A stretch of 63,633 nt of DNA, filler included, from Octopus bimaculoides (GCF_001194135.2; 6 parts of 6 records of this genome joined end to end with filler, not necessarily neighbours in it); one strand, 5' to 3'. Counted from the whole stretch's first letter, positions 14,097 through 24,970 are shown. The notes: a model not told the origin generated them from the letters alone. A program made the numbers and translations.

Positions 14097-14824
14097 CTGT
14101 TAAAAGAAACAAAAGAAAAAAAATCCATTATAAGGAAGTGCGTATTTATTTGTGTGTGATTATATCTTTATATACATATGTGTGTGTGCATACNNNNNNN
14201 NNNNNNNNNNNNNNNNNNNNNNNNNNNNNNNNNNNNNNNNNNNNNNNNNNNNNNNNNNNNNNNNNNNNNNNNNNNNNNNNNNNNNNNNNNNNNNNNNNNN
14301 NNNNNNNNNNNNNNNNNNNNNNNNNNNNNNNNNNNNNNNNNNNNNNNNNNNNNNNNNNNNNNNNNNNNNNNNNNNNNNNNNNNNNNNNNNNNNNNNNNNN
14401 NNNNNNNNNNNNNNNNNNNNNNNNNNNNNNNNNNNNNNNNNNNNNNNNNNNNNNNNNNNNNNNNNNNNNNNNNNNNNNNNNNNNNNNNNNNNNNNNNNNN
14501 NNNNNNNNNNNNNNNAGAGAAGAACCACAATGGTGCAACTCGCACGAAGAAGAAGATCAGACACCATCAAGAAAAGTGTACTAATGCATTCTTAAATTTA
14601 GATACGTTTTCGGAAAAAGGCGCAACGAAAATTTTAGGAAAATAAAAATAAGGAATAAGTGGAAATTTCACCGGTGTGTGTGTTCAATTATAAGGCACCA
14701 AAAGAGAATGACTCTTCCCAGACACAACAGAATATGCTTCAACACACGAACTCACATAAAGAATCTTGCACACCAAATCCCAAAACGACATATATATATA
14801 TATACACACAGATAGCGGGTGCTA

Positions 14825-14880
<56 letters not shown>

Positions 14881-15104
14881 TATGCCAGTACACCCAGAGC
14901 TGCTATTTCAAAGCTAACAAATATAATTATGTTCTATTTTTTTCTCTAAAACTCTAATCTTAACGCAACTCAGTCTCAACTTCAACGTTATTGCCAGAGA
15001 CGTTAATTTTAGTTTAGCAGATGTTGATTCGCCATGAGAGATCGCTGACCACCACATTTATATATATTTTTCTCCTTGTCTCTCTCCTTATTTCTTTCTG
15101 TGTT

Positions 15105-15232
15105 CCTTTCTGTTGAAGAGCGTAGGCTCGAAACGTTAAAGACTTTTTCACTTCCTGAGCGTTATACTAATACATCTGTTTGTTTTCTACACCACCTGTC
15201 TTCGTCTTATGTATTTTTTGTGAATTCTCCCC
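15105..15232 (+). repeat. Dispersed ~130-bp repeat carrying TGAAGAGCGTAGGCTCGAAACGT
   Basis: Reverse-strand copies at about 29045-29148 and 46560-46682. Confidence 0.8.
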
Positions 15233-15429
15233 ACACGTAAATAGTTTGATAAGTGGTAACACACGAAACTCTGTACTCGCGAGTCACTCTATTGCTTATG
15301 AATATTAACGAATAAATACTCACACACACACACAAACAGACATTGTCAGACAAAGAAGTGAGGTTAAACAAGTTTGAGAAATAAATACAAAGTAAATGTT
15401 TGACAATGAAACTGCGGAAGGTGACTGAC

Positions 15430-15567
15430 CTCTCTTCGTTGTTTTTCTACAATTGATGTAACTTGATCTAATAAGTCATCTAATTTAGTTTCTGTTGCGT
15501 CTTTTCCCATAGAAGCAAGAGACAAAGCACGGTCAAGGGGGAAGAAATCATAATTCTCCTTGTTCAA
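15430..15567 (-). CDS. ITPR-like exon (LNKENYDFFPLDRALSLASMGKDATETKLDDLLDQVTSIVEKQRRE)
   Basis: 138 bp, phase 0/0. Matches ITPR NLDWFPRMRAMSL followed by the coiled-coil start. Confidence 0.92.
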
Positions 15568-15679
15568 CTGAAATTTCAAAAGAAACAAACAAAATTCTAT
15601 GGTTTACAGACATTCATGACCTTTGATCCAAAATTGGTTTTGGTTGGCTATTTTCCGTAACACAAACAAACAAGGGTAA

Positions 15680-16020
15680 AGGATAAAGACCCCCTTAAAC
15701 ATGAATGACCATGGGATTGCACCTAGAAAGTTTCCCTCCGAGTCACAAGTCTGGTCAAGGTTGTTTATGGAAGACAAGCAGTCGCTCATGCATACCAGCC
15801 TCCCGTCTACACGCCACCAGTGTTATTCATGGGAAAGGCAAAGGGGCCGATAAAGCTTGGCACCAGTGACGTTGCAGTTCATTTCTACGGCTGAGTGAAC
15901 TGGAGAAATATGAAATAAAGTGTCTTGCTTAAGAACAAGACACACAACTCAGTCCAGGGATCGAACTCACTACCTCATGATTGTGAGCCCGAAGCTCTAA
16001 CCACTGAGCCATGCACCTTC
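15680..16020 (-). mobile_element. SINE with a similar head and core but a different 3' body
   Basis: Head and core resemble 21600-21740. Body matches 33030-33232. Confidence 0.75.
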
Positions 16021-16124
16021 ACCGTAGAATATTTAGCAGTAAAATAAGTGCAGATATAAATATATATATTGTACTAAATATATATTGATGACTTATATTG
16101 TGTGTATAAAGTAAGGCCCCCTTT

Positions 16125-16312
16125 CGGTTGATAACTGATGTTGGTGTGTTTACGTCCACGTAACTTAGTAGTTCAACAAAAGAGACCGATAGAATAAGTA
16201 CTAGGCTCACAAAGAATAAGTCCTAGGGTCGATTTGTTTGACTAAAAGCGGTGCTCCAGCATGGCCGCAGTCAAATGACTGACACAAATAAAAGAATAAA
16301 AGAATAAAAGAC
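16125..16312 (+). mobile_element. SINE family B 3' part
   Basis: Reverse complement of 3945-4110, ending in (AATAAAAG)n. Confidence 0.85.
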
Positions 16313-16441
16313 TATATACACACACAAATGTATGTATATCACTGTCATATATACTTTTATTAACGTACATGCATCCCCTCCGTCCCTCAACCCATCACCC
16401 ACCAGAACCAAGCACCAGACTTCATCAAAATCCGAACTTAC

Positions 16442-16561
16442 CAATCGAAACACATACATCTCCAGCGCGTTGTAGTCATTTACTTTTGTACCATTTAAAT
16501 GAATGAAGAAGAAAATATAGGCCCACATGTTGTGTTCATATGTGACGTGGTGCTCGAATCC
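16442..16561 (-). CDS. ITPR-like exon (GFEHHVTYEHNMWAYIFFFIHLNGTKVNDYNALEMYVFRL)
   Basis: 120 bp, phase 0/0. Matches ITPR FEEHIKEEHNMWHYL..EYTGPESYV, including the H-x4-H Zn ligands. Confidence 0.95.
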
Positions 16562-16700
16562 CTTGGAGGAGAAAATATGGAAATAGTTAGACATCAGGAT
16601 TGAACCACAAATAACTCACACCACCAGGTTAGTCATGTACACCACTATACATAAATAAATGCATACACACGTACATACATACATGCATATTCACACACCT

Positions 16701-17028
16701 GTTGGCACTCCGTCGCTTACGACGTCGAGGGTTCCAGTTGATCCGATCAACGGAACAGCCTGCTCGTGAAATTAACGTGCAAGTGGCTGAGCACTCCACA
16801 GACATGTGTACCCTTAACGTAGTTCTCGGGGATATCCAGCGTGACACAGAGTGTGACAAGGCTTACCCTTTGAATTACAGGTACAACAGAAACAGGAAGT
16901 AAGAGTGAGAGAAAGTTGTGGTGAAAGAGTACAGCAGGGTTCACCACCATCCCCTGCCGGAGCCTTGTGGAGCTTTAGGTGTTTTCGCTCAATAAACACT
17001 CACAACGCCCGGTTTGGGAATCGAAACC
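16701..17028 (-). mobile_element. SINE family A copy (head lost in gap)
   Basis: Reverse complement of 24415-24845. Confidence 0.85.
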
Positions 17029-18291
17029 NNNNNNNNNNNNNNNNNNNNNNNNNNNNNNNNNNNNNNNNNNNNNNNNNNNNNNNNNNNNNNNNNNNNNNNN
17101 NNNNNNNNNNNNNNNNNNNNNNNNNNNNNNNNNNNNNNNNNNNNNNNNNNNNNNNNNNNNNNNNNNNNNNNNNNNNNNNNNNNNNNNNNNNNNNNNNNNN
17201 NNNNNNNNNNNNNNNNNNNNNNNNNNNNNNNNNNNNNNNNNNNNNNNNNNNNNNNNNNNNNNNNNNNNNNNNNNNNNNNNNNNNNNNNNNNNNNNNNNNN
17301 NNNNNNNNNNNNNNNNNNNNNNNNNNNNNNNNNNNNNNNNNNNNNNNNNNNNNNNNNNNNNNNNNNNNNNNNNNNNNNNNNNNNNNNNNNNNNNNNNNNN
17401 NNNNNNNNNNNNNNNNNNNNNNNNNNNNNNNNNNNNNNNNNNNNNNNNNNNNNNNNNNNNNNNNNNNNNNNNNNNNNNNNNNNNNNNNNNNNNNNNNNNN
17501 NNNNNNNNNNNNNNNNNNNNNNNNNNNNNNNNNNNNNNNNNNNNNNNNNNNNNNNNNNNNNNNNNNNNNNNNNNNNNNNNNNNNNNNNNNNNNNNNNNNN
17601 NNNNNNNNNNNNNNNNNNNNNNNNNNNNNNNNNNNNNNNNNNNNNNNNNNTACCACCACCACCACCACCACCACTACCACCACCACCACTACCACCACCA
17701 CCACTACCACCACCACCACTACCACCACCATCACCACCACCTTTTCCTCATCCTTATCCTTCTCCCTTCCTACACATCCCACCTTTATGTCTCACCTATA
17801 TTGGTGACACACTCTGCCACTCTTTGACATAAACCTCCATTTGCCTATTAGCTGTTTGCAGTGAGTAGATGACAACAAAATCATAGTGATGGCGCACCAC
17901 TCTGGTAGCTCATTGCAGTAACACTGAACATCCTAACAAAAAAATATGAGTTTTACATCCTGTATGACGATTCCTTGACCCAAATGTAAACAACTATATA
18001 AGTGATTTGGAAGAAGATAAAGCAGAAATACAGTACTCGTATGGTGTTTGTTTGGTATTTAATTAATGAGAGAGACGGAAGAAGGAAGATACGAGAATGT
18101 TTATTGATTGCAACAAACGTATTATTAATACTTTTTCCATTGTATTGTGTATTTGTTTCTTTTTGCATCTTTTATTTATTATTGATCTTGTATAATAATG
18201 AAGCTGTTTCTCTTAATTTGCTGTTTTTCTATACACATACCAAAAAGAAAACTTATGGAACAGACGTTATTTTAATGAGATACATCTTGTA

Positions 18292-18397
18292 ATCACCTGA
18301 AGAGACACATCTACATTGACAGATGCTCCTAAACCAGTTGTCAAGTATCCCACCTGAGAAAGATCGATGCTAGATTTGTCGAAACAATTGTAGTGAT
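18292..18397 (+). ncRNA. Putative type I hammerhead ribozyme with long stem II
   Basis: ATCAC-CTGAAGA-GACA...TGTC-GAAA-CAATTG-TA-GTGAT: complete core, 5-bp stem I, extended stem II, palindromic stem III, GUA cleavage triplet. Confidence 0.7.
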
Positions 18398-18492
18398 GAA
18401 TCTTTCATCTTCCATCTCTCTCATTAATCAAATACGTATGTATGTGCGTATGTGCTTGCGTATAAGAAAAGAAAAGGAAATTTTTTACGTAC

Positions 18493-18645
18493 CTTGAGAT
18501 CTCGGAGTTCCGAGAAGGTATCAACGATGATACCAAAGATTATGTTAAGGCCAATTGTCGTAATGAAGATGAAAAATGATACGTGGAAAAGAACCACCAA
18601 CCCGAATTTAGCGAATGTTGCCTCGTCTTTATGAGCTTTGATCGA
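18493..18645 (-). CDS. ITPR-like exon, TM6/S6 (SIKAHKDEATFAKFGLVVLFHVSFFIFITTIGLNIIFGIIVDTFSELRDLK)
   Basis: 153 bp, phase 0/0. Strong match to ITPR/RyR LNLIFGVIIDTFADLR. Confidence 0.95.
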
Positions 18646-18793
18646 CTAGGAATGATGGGAAGGGTTTTGGGTAGAGACAGAAGAAGGGAGTGGGGACGGT
18701 GAAGAAAGAAAAGAGAAAAGAAAAAAGAAGACATTATTCTGGACAAATTGCATTAAACGATATTTACATACATTATGTATATGCATATATGTA

Positions 18794-18829
<36 letters not shown>

Positions 18830-19102
18830 NNNNNNNNNNNNNNNNNNNNNNNNNNNNNNNNNNNNNNNNNNNNNNNNNNNNNNNNNNNNNNNNNNNNNNN
18901 NNNNNNNNNNNNNNNNNNNNNNNNNNNNNNNNNNNNNNNNNNNNNNNNNNNNNNNNNNNNNNNNNNNNNNNNNNNNNNNNNNNNNNNNNNNNNNNNNNNN
19001 NNNNNNNTATATATATATACACACATATATATGTACATATATATATGCATATACATAATGTATGTATATATATTTATATATGTATGTGTATATATGTATG
19101 TG

Positions 19103-19147
<45 letters not shown>

Positions 19148-19441
19148 GGGTGTGTGCATAAATATATGTATACATATATGTATGTGTATATACATATATA
19201 CATATATGTGTGTATGTGTGTGTGCATGTGTGTGTATGCGTGTGTGCGTGTCCATCTGTATGTGTGTGTATGTGTGTGTATGTGTGTGTGTGTGGGTGTA
19301 TTGTGTATGTGTATGTGTGTTTGCGTTTATGTATATGGAAATGTGTTCATATGTGTGTGTGTGTGCAGTTGCATGCATCTATATATATGTATATATATAT
19401 ATGTGTGTGTATATGTGCGTGTGTGCGTGATTGCCACTCAC

Positions 19442-19617
19442 CTCAAATAGGTCCCCGATAAGACCATAGCGAACTACTGTGACCGTACACTGCCACAGGG
19501 AAGCACAATAAAGATATTCATTTGGGTCGAACATATTTCTCATCATAGCAAAACCAATGATGCCGTATAGATAGAACACTACCATGCCAAGGATGCCAAC
19601 CCAAACCAATGATTTGC
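19442..19617 (-). CDS. ITPR-like exon, TM5 + pore helix + filter ([58 protein letters not shown])
   Basis: CAG acceptor, GTGAGT donor, 176 bp, phase 1/0. Resembles ITPR NGRSIILTAVLALILVYLFSIVGY..CETLLMCIVTVL. Confidence 0.95.
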
Positions 19618-19649
19618 CTGCAAAAACGGAACCGGTGCAAAAGTCATCA

Positions 19650-20188
19650 ATACAAACATTTCAGAGTGTTTGGGTGTCAATCTGAGGACATGTACCAAGA
19701 GTGATAAAAAATCAAACATCCAGCCAACGTCATAGTGTTTAGAGTGATCGCTAGTGATGGTGATGTTATGCCTCCATTCATCTTCCCACAAGGTTTCAGA
19801 CTCAATATGGAGGCTTACATCAAGTGCCTGGAGGAAGTAGTGTCGCCGTGGGTCAAGAGGGTTGGCTGCTGGAAGACCCTATGTCTGGCAACAGGATTCT
19901 GCACCGTGCCACCCAAACACGAGAACCAAGCCATGGCTGTCAGATAGTTTATGCAGCCACATAACCCCTAATATCTGGCTACCTAACTCCCCAGACTGCA
20001 GCTTTCTTGATTGTTATGTGTAGGGCACAGTTGAGCGAGAGACCAACAAAACTCCTTGTAACACCGAAGATGAACTGAAGGCAAGGATTATGGCAGCATT
20101 CACCAACTTAAACAAGGAGACCATCCAGAGGAGCTGCAGGAGACTCTGAAGTCGTCTGGAGGCCACAGTTGAAGCCAATGGTAATTTT
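19650..20188 (+). mobile_element. Tc1/mariner-superfamily DD37D (maT-type) transposase remnant
   Basis: Translates as KHPANVIVFRVIASDGDVMPPFIFPQG..WQQDSAPCH-..-WLPNSPDCSFLD with 37 residues between the 2nd and 3rd D. Frameshift and stops present; the 3' end runs into a gap. Confidence 0.85.
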
Positions 20189-21437
20189 NNNNNNNNNNNN
20201 NNNNNNNNNNNNNNNNNNNNNNNNNNNNNNNNNNNNNNNNNNNNNNNNNNNNNNNNNNNNNNNNNNNNNNNNNNNNNNNNNNNNNNNNNNNNNNNNNNNN
20301 NNNNNNNNNNNNNNNNNNNNNNNNNNNNNNNNNNNNNNNNNNNNNNNNNNNNNNNNNNNNNNNNNNNNNNNNNNNNNNNNNNNNNNNNNNNNNNNNNNNN
20401 NNNNNNNNNNNNNNNNNNNNNNNNNNNNNNNNNNNNNNNNNNNNNNNNNNNNNNNNNNNNNNNNNNNNNNNNNNNNNNNNNNNNNNNNNNNNNNNNNNNN
20501 NNNNNNNNNNNNNNNNNNNNNNNNNNNNNNNNNNNNNNNNNNNNNNNNNNNNNNNNNNNNNNNNNNNNNNNNNNNNNNNNNNNNNNNNNNNNNNNNNNNN
20601 NNNNNNNNNNNNNNNNNNNNNNNNNNNNNNNNNNNNNNNNNNNNNNNNNNNNNNNNNNNNNNNNNNNNNNNNNNNNNNNNNNNNNNNNNNNNNNNNNNNN
20701 NNNNNNNNNNNNNNNNNNNNNNNNNNNNNNNNNNNNNNNNNNNNNNNNNNNNNNNNNNNNNNNNNNNNNNNNNNNNNNNNNNNNNNNNNNNNNNNNNNNN
20801 NNNNNNNNNNNNNNNNNNNNNNNNNNNNNNNNNNNNNNNNNNNNNNNNNNNNNNNNNNNNNNNNNNNNNNNNNNNNNNNNNNNNNNNNNNNNNNNNNNNN
20901 NNNNNNNNNNNNNNNNNNNNNNNNNNNNNNNNNNNNNNNNNNNNNNNNNNNNNNNNNNNNNNNNNNNNNNNNNNNNNNNNNNNNNNNNNNNNNNNNNNNN
21001 NNNNNNNNNNNNNNNNNNNNNNNNNNNNNNNNNNNNNNNNNNNNNNNNNNNNNNNNNNNNNNNNNNNNNNNNNNNNNNNNNNNNNNNNNNNNNNNNNNNN
21101 NNNNNNNNNNNNNNNNNNNNNNNNNNNNNNNNNNNNTACTGCCCATGCTACACCTCGCAATCAATGCTGTTGTTTTTATTGTTGGTATTGTGGTTTGTTA
21201 TTTAACCCTAGGTTAATTAATTGTGGTTGAGTAGACTTGTGATCATGTACATTCCAGCCGAGACCATCGCGCCGTTTTTGTTACTGGATTTTCTGGTATA
21301 TTTGCTGAATTTTTCAGATGAAATTTAGAACCCCCCCCCCAAAAAAGGGTTGGCTGACTTGCATACCAACACGACTCTGGAGGACCAAAAATTCCTTGTG
21401 GAACGCAGCAGGATTTGGTACTCTCTTGGTTACCATA

Positions 21438-21740
21438 ACGAGGGTTCCGGTCGATCCATTTCAACAGAGCTGCCCACTGGTGAAATTAACGTGCAAGTGG
21501 CCGAGTACTCCACAGACACGTGTACTCTTAACGTAGTTCTCATGGAGATTTCAACGTGACACAGAATGTGACAAAGCTGGCCTCCTTTGAAATACAGGTG
21601 CTACTCATTTTTGCCAGCTAAGTGGACTGTAGCAACGTGAAATAAAGAGTCTTGCTCAAGGACACAGTGCGCCAACGAGAATTGAACCCATGATCTTGTG
21701 ATTGTGAGCTGAACACCTTAACCACTAAGCCACGAGCCTT
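21438..21740 (-). mobile_element. SINE with tRNA head, GTGTCCTTGAGCAAGAC core and family A 3' tail
   Basis: Head GGCTTAGTGGTTAAG..GGGTTCAATTC. 3' part matches 24660-24830. Confidence 0.75.
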
Positions 21741-21786
21741 CACACAGCATTAGGAAAGATATTAACGATAGTTGAATGATTACACC

Positions 21787-21957
21787 ACATGTTTATACTA
21801 AATGTTTATACTACATGTTTACACTACATGCGCACACCACATGTTTATGATACATGTTTGTGCCGCATGTTCGTGCTACATGTTTACGCTACACGTTCGC
21901 ACCGCATGTTTATGCCACATGTTTATACTACATGTTTATGCTACATGTTTACACTAT
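21787..21957. repeat. Degenerate 13-bp minisatellite (ACATGTTTATACT) x~13
   Basis: Read directly from the sequence. Confidence 0.85.
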
Positions 21958-22312
21958 GCACTATATTGAGTTGTATGGCAGAAAATTCAATAACATGAAA
22001 ACCTATATGTATTTATATTATATACATATATACATACACATATATGCATATGCAATCCATACATAGATACATACATACATATGTATATATGCATACATAC
22101 ATGCACACACGCATACACACACACACACACGTTTCCATGTATATATGTGTCTATGTATGTATGTATGTATGTATGTGTGTGTCTATGTATCGATACCTCT
22201 ATAAGCATAGAACATTAAATTTCGAAGCTGGTGCTCCAGCATGGTCTTCCCTGCAATAGCTTAAAACACAAACTAAGAAACCAACAAGAACGGAAAGCAA
22301 AGAAATCTACAT

Positions 22313-22669
22313 CTGTCTGTCTGTCTGTCTCTCTTTCTGTCTGTCTGCCTTTCTGTCTGTCTGTCTGTCTGTCTGTCTTTCTGTCTGCTTGTCTGTCTGT
22401 CTGCTTGTGTGTCTGTCAGACTGTCTGTCTGTCTGCTTGTCTGTCTTTCTGTCTGTCTGTTTGTTAGTCTGTCTGTTTGCTTGTCTGTCTGTTTGCTTGT
22501 CTGTCTGTCTGCTTGTCTGTCTGTCTGCTTGTCTGTCTGTCTGCTTGTCTGTCTGTCTGCTTGTGTGTCTGTCAGACTGTCAGACTGTCTGTCTGCTTGT
22601 CTGTCTGTCTTTCTGTCTGTCTGTTTGTTAGTCTGTCTGTTTGCTTGTCTGTCTGTCTGCTTGTCTGTC
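22313..22669. repeat. (GTCT/GCTT)n tetranucleotide array
   Basis: Read directly; runs into a gap. Confidence 0.95.
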
Positions 22670-23562
22670 NNNNNNNNNNNNNNNNNNNNNNNNNNNNNNN
22701 NNNNNNNNNNNNNNNNNNNNNNNNNNNNNNNNNNNNNNNNNNNNNNNNNNNNNNNNNNNNNNNNNNNNNNNNNNNNNNNNNNNNNNNNNNNNNNNNNNNN
22801 NNNNNNNNNNNNNNNNNNNNNNNNNNNNNNNNNNNNNNNNNNNNNNNNNNNNNNNNNNNNNNNNNNNNNNNNNNNNNNNNNNNNNNNNNNNNNNNNNNNN
22901 NNNNNNNNNNNNNNNNNNNNNNNNNNNNNNNNNNNNNNNNNNNNNNNNNNNNNNNNNNNNNNNNNNNNNNNNNNNNNNNNNNNNNNNNNNNNNNNNNNNN
23001 NNNNNNNNNNNNNNNNNNNNNNNNNNNNNNNNNNNNNNNNNNNNNNNNNNNNNNNNNNNNNNNNNNNNNNNNNNNNNNNNNNNNNNNNNNNNNNNNNNNN
23101 NNNNNNNNNNNNNNNNNNNNNNNNNNNNNNNNNNNNNNNNNNNNNNNNNNNNNNNNNNNNNNNNNNNNNNNNNNNNNNNNNNNNNNNNNNNNNNNNNNNN
23201 NNNNNNNNNNNNNNNNNNNNNNNNNNNNNNNNNNNNNNNNNNNNNNNNNNNNNNNNNNNNNNNNNNNNNNNNNNNNNNNNNNNNNNNNNNNNNNNNNNNN
23301 NNNNNNNNNNNNNNNNNNNNNNNNNNNNNNNNNNNNNNNNNNNNNNNNNNNNNNNNNNNNNNNNNNNNNNNNNNNNNNNNNNNNNNNNNNNNNNNNNNNN
23401 NNNNNNNNNNNNNNNNNNNNNNNNNNNNNNNNNNNNNNNNNNNNNNNNNNNNNNNNNNNNNNNNNNNNNNNNNNNNNNNNNNNNNNNNNNNNNNNNNNNN
23501 NNNNNNNNNNNNNNNNNNNNNNNNNNNNNNNNNNNNNNNNNNNNNNNNNNNNNNNNNNNNNN

Positions 23563-23710
23563 GTAACATTAGCGGTTCGGCAAAACTAGACCGATAGAAT
23601 AAGTACTAGGTTTCCAAAGAATAAGTCCTGGGGTCGATTTGCTCGACTAAAGGTGGTGCTCCAGCATGGCCGCAGTCAAATGACTGAAACAAGTAAAAGA
23701 GTAAAAGAGA
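23563..23710 (+). mobile_element. SINE family B 3' part
   Basis: Same body with GTAAAAGA tail. Confidence 0.85.
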
Positions 23711-24308
23711 CACGTGTATCCTTAACGTAATTATCGGGTAGGATCCGTATGCCTTTCGTATTTATTTGTACAATCCACCCAAGATGCGTATAATATGCAG
23801 TTTCCGTCTCCTCAGTTTTACTCACAAAACACTGCTCAACTTGAGATTATAAAAGATAACGTAGGCCCAGGGCGTCGCGCAATATATTCGAAACCACGAT
23901 CTCCTGCATACAAAACGACCTTGTTAATTTATTCGGCCATTTAGCGACAACAGGTAATATCCTAAGCGTGTCTGCACGATATATGCTCGACTAGTCTAAG
24001 GGAGGTAACTCGCACCAATTTTCTTTAAGTAGAATTACTTCCCTTGCTTAAATTGTGTCGGTGATCGCCCCTCACAATGGAAAAATTAGTCTATTATAGA
24101 TTTATAGATCTATTAATGATTATACGAGATATACAGTTATATATACGAGATATACAGTTATATATACATTCTTTTAGTGTTTTATTACGTTTGTAAATAT
24201 AGACATAGAGGCATATAGACATACCGAAACAAATGTATGGACATACACATAGATACATAAAAATATAGATATATAAGCATATAAATGTACCTTAACAAAT
24301 ATGTGCTG

Positions 24309-24354
<46 letters not shown>

Positions 24355-24355
24355 T

Positions 24356-24855
24356 GGAGGCGCAATGGCCCAGTGGTTAGGGCAGCGGACTCGCGGTCGT
24401 AGGATCGCAGTTTCGATTCCCAGACCGGCCGTTGTGAGTGTTTATTGAGCGAAAACACCTAAAGCTCTCCGAGGTTCCGGCAGGGGATGGTGGCGAACCC
24501 TGCTGTACTCTTTCACCACAACGTTCTCTCACTCTTACTTCCTGTTTCTGNNNNNNNNNNNNNNNNNNNNNNNNNNNNNNNNNNNNNNNNNNNNNNNNNN
24601 NNNNNNNNNNNNNNNNNNNNNNNNNNNNNNNNNNNNNNNNNNNNNNNNNNNNNNNNNNNNNNNNNNNNNNNTTCAAAGGGGTCAGCCTTGTCACACTCTG
24701 TGTCACACTGAATATCCCCTAGAACTATATTAAGGGTACACGTGTCTGTGGAGTGCTCAGCCACTTGCACGTTAATCTCACGAGCAGGCTGTTCCATTGA
24801 TCGGATCAACTGGAACCCTCGACGTCGTAAGCGACGGAGTGCCAACAACAACAAC
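24356..24855 (+). mobile_element. tRNA-derived SINE, near full length (family A), with (CAA)n tail
   Basis: A box GGCCCAGTGG, B box GTTTCGATTCC, body shared with the copies at 16701 and 21438. Confidence 0.85.
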
Positions 24856-24970
24856 TGCTCTGTACTCAATGGACGATTTGTTCTGATTCATATCTATATT
24901 GGGATTGTTAGTATTGCTCTGCCGAAGCGAAATATTAGGGATACGTAGATATAGAGAAGCTGTGACTTAC

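Noticed and set aside
23795-23820. Minus-strand CTGAGGA-GACG-GAAAC
   Set aside because: No stem II pairing, and GACGGAAACTG matches a SINE family C fragment.
24356-24430. tRNA-like heads here and at other SINEs
   Set aside because: A and B boxes are present, but each continues into a repeat body and no clean cloverleaf is evident. Called SINEs, not tRNA genes.
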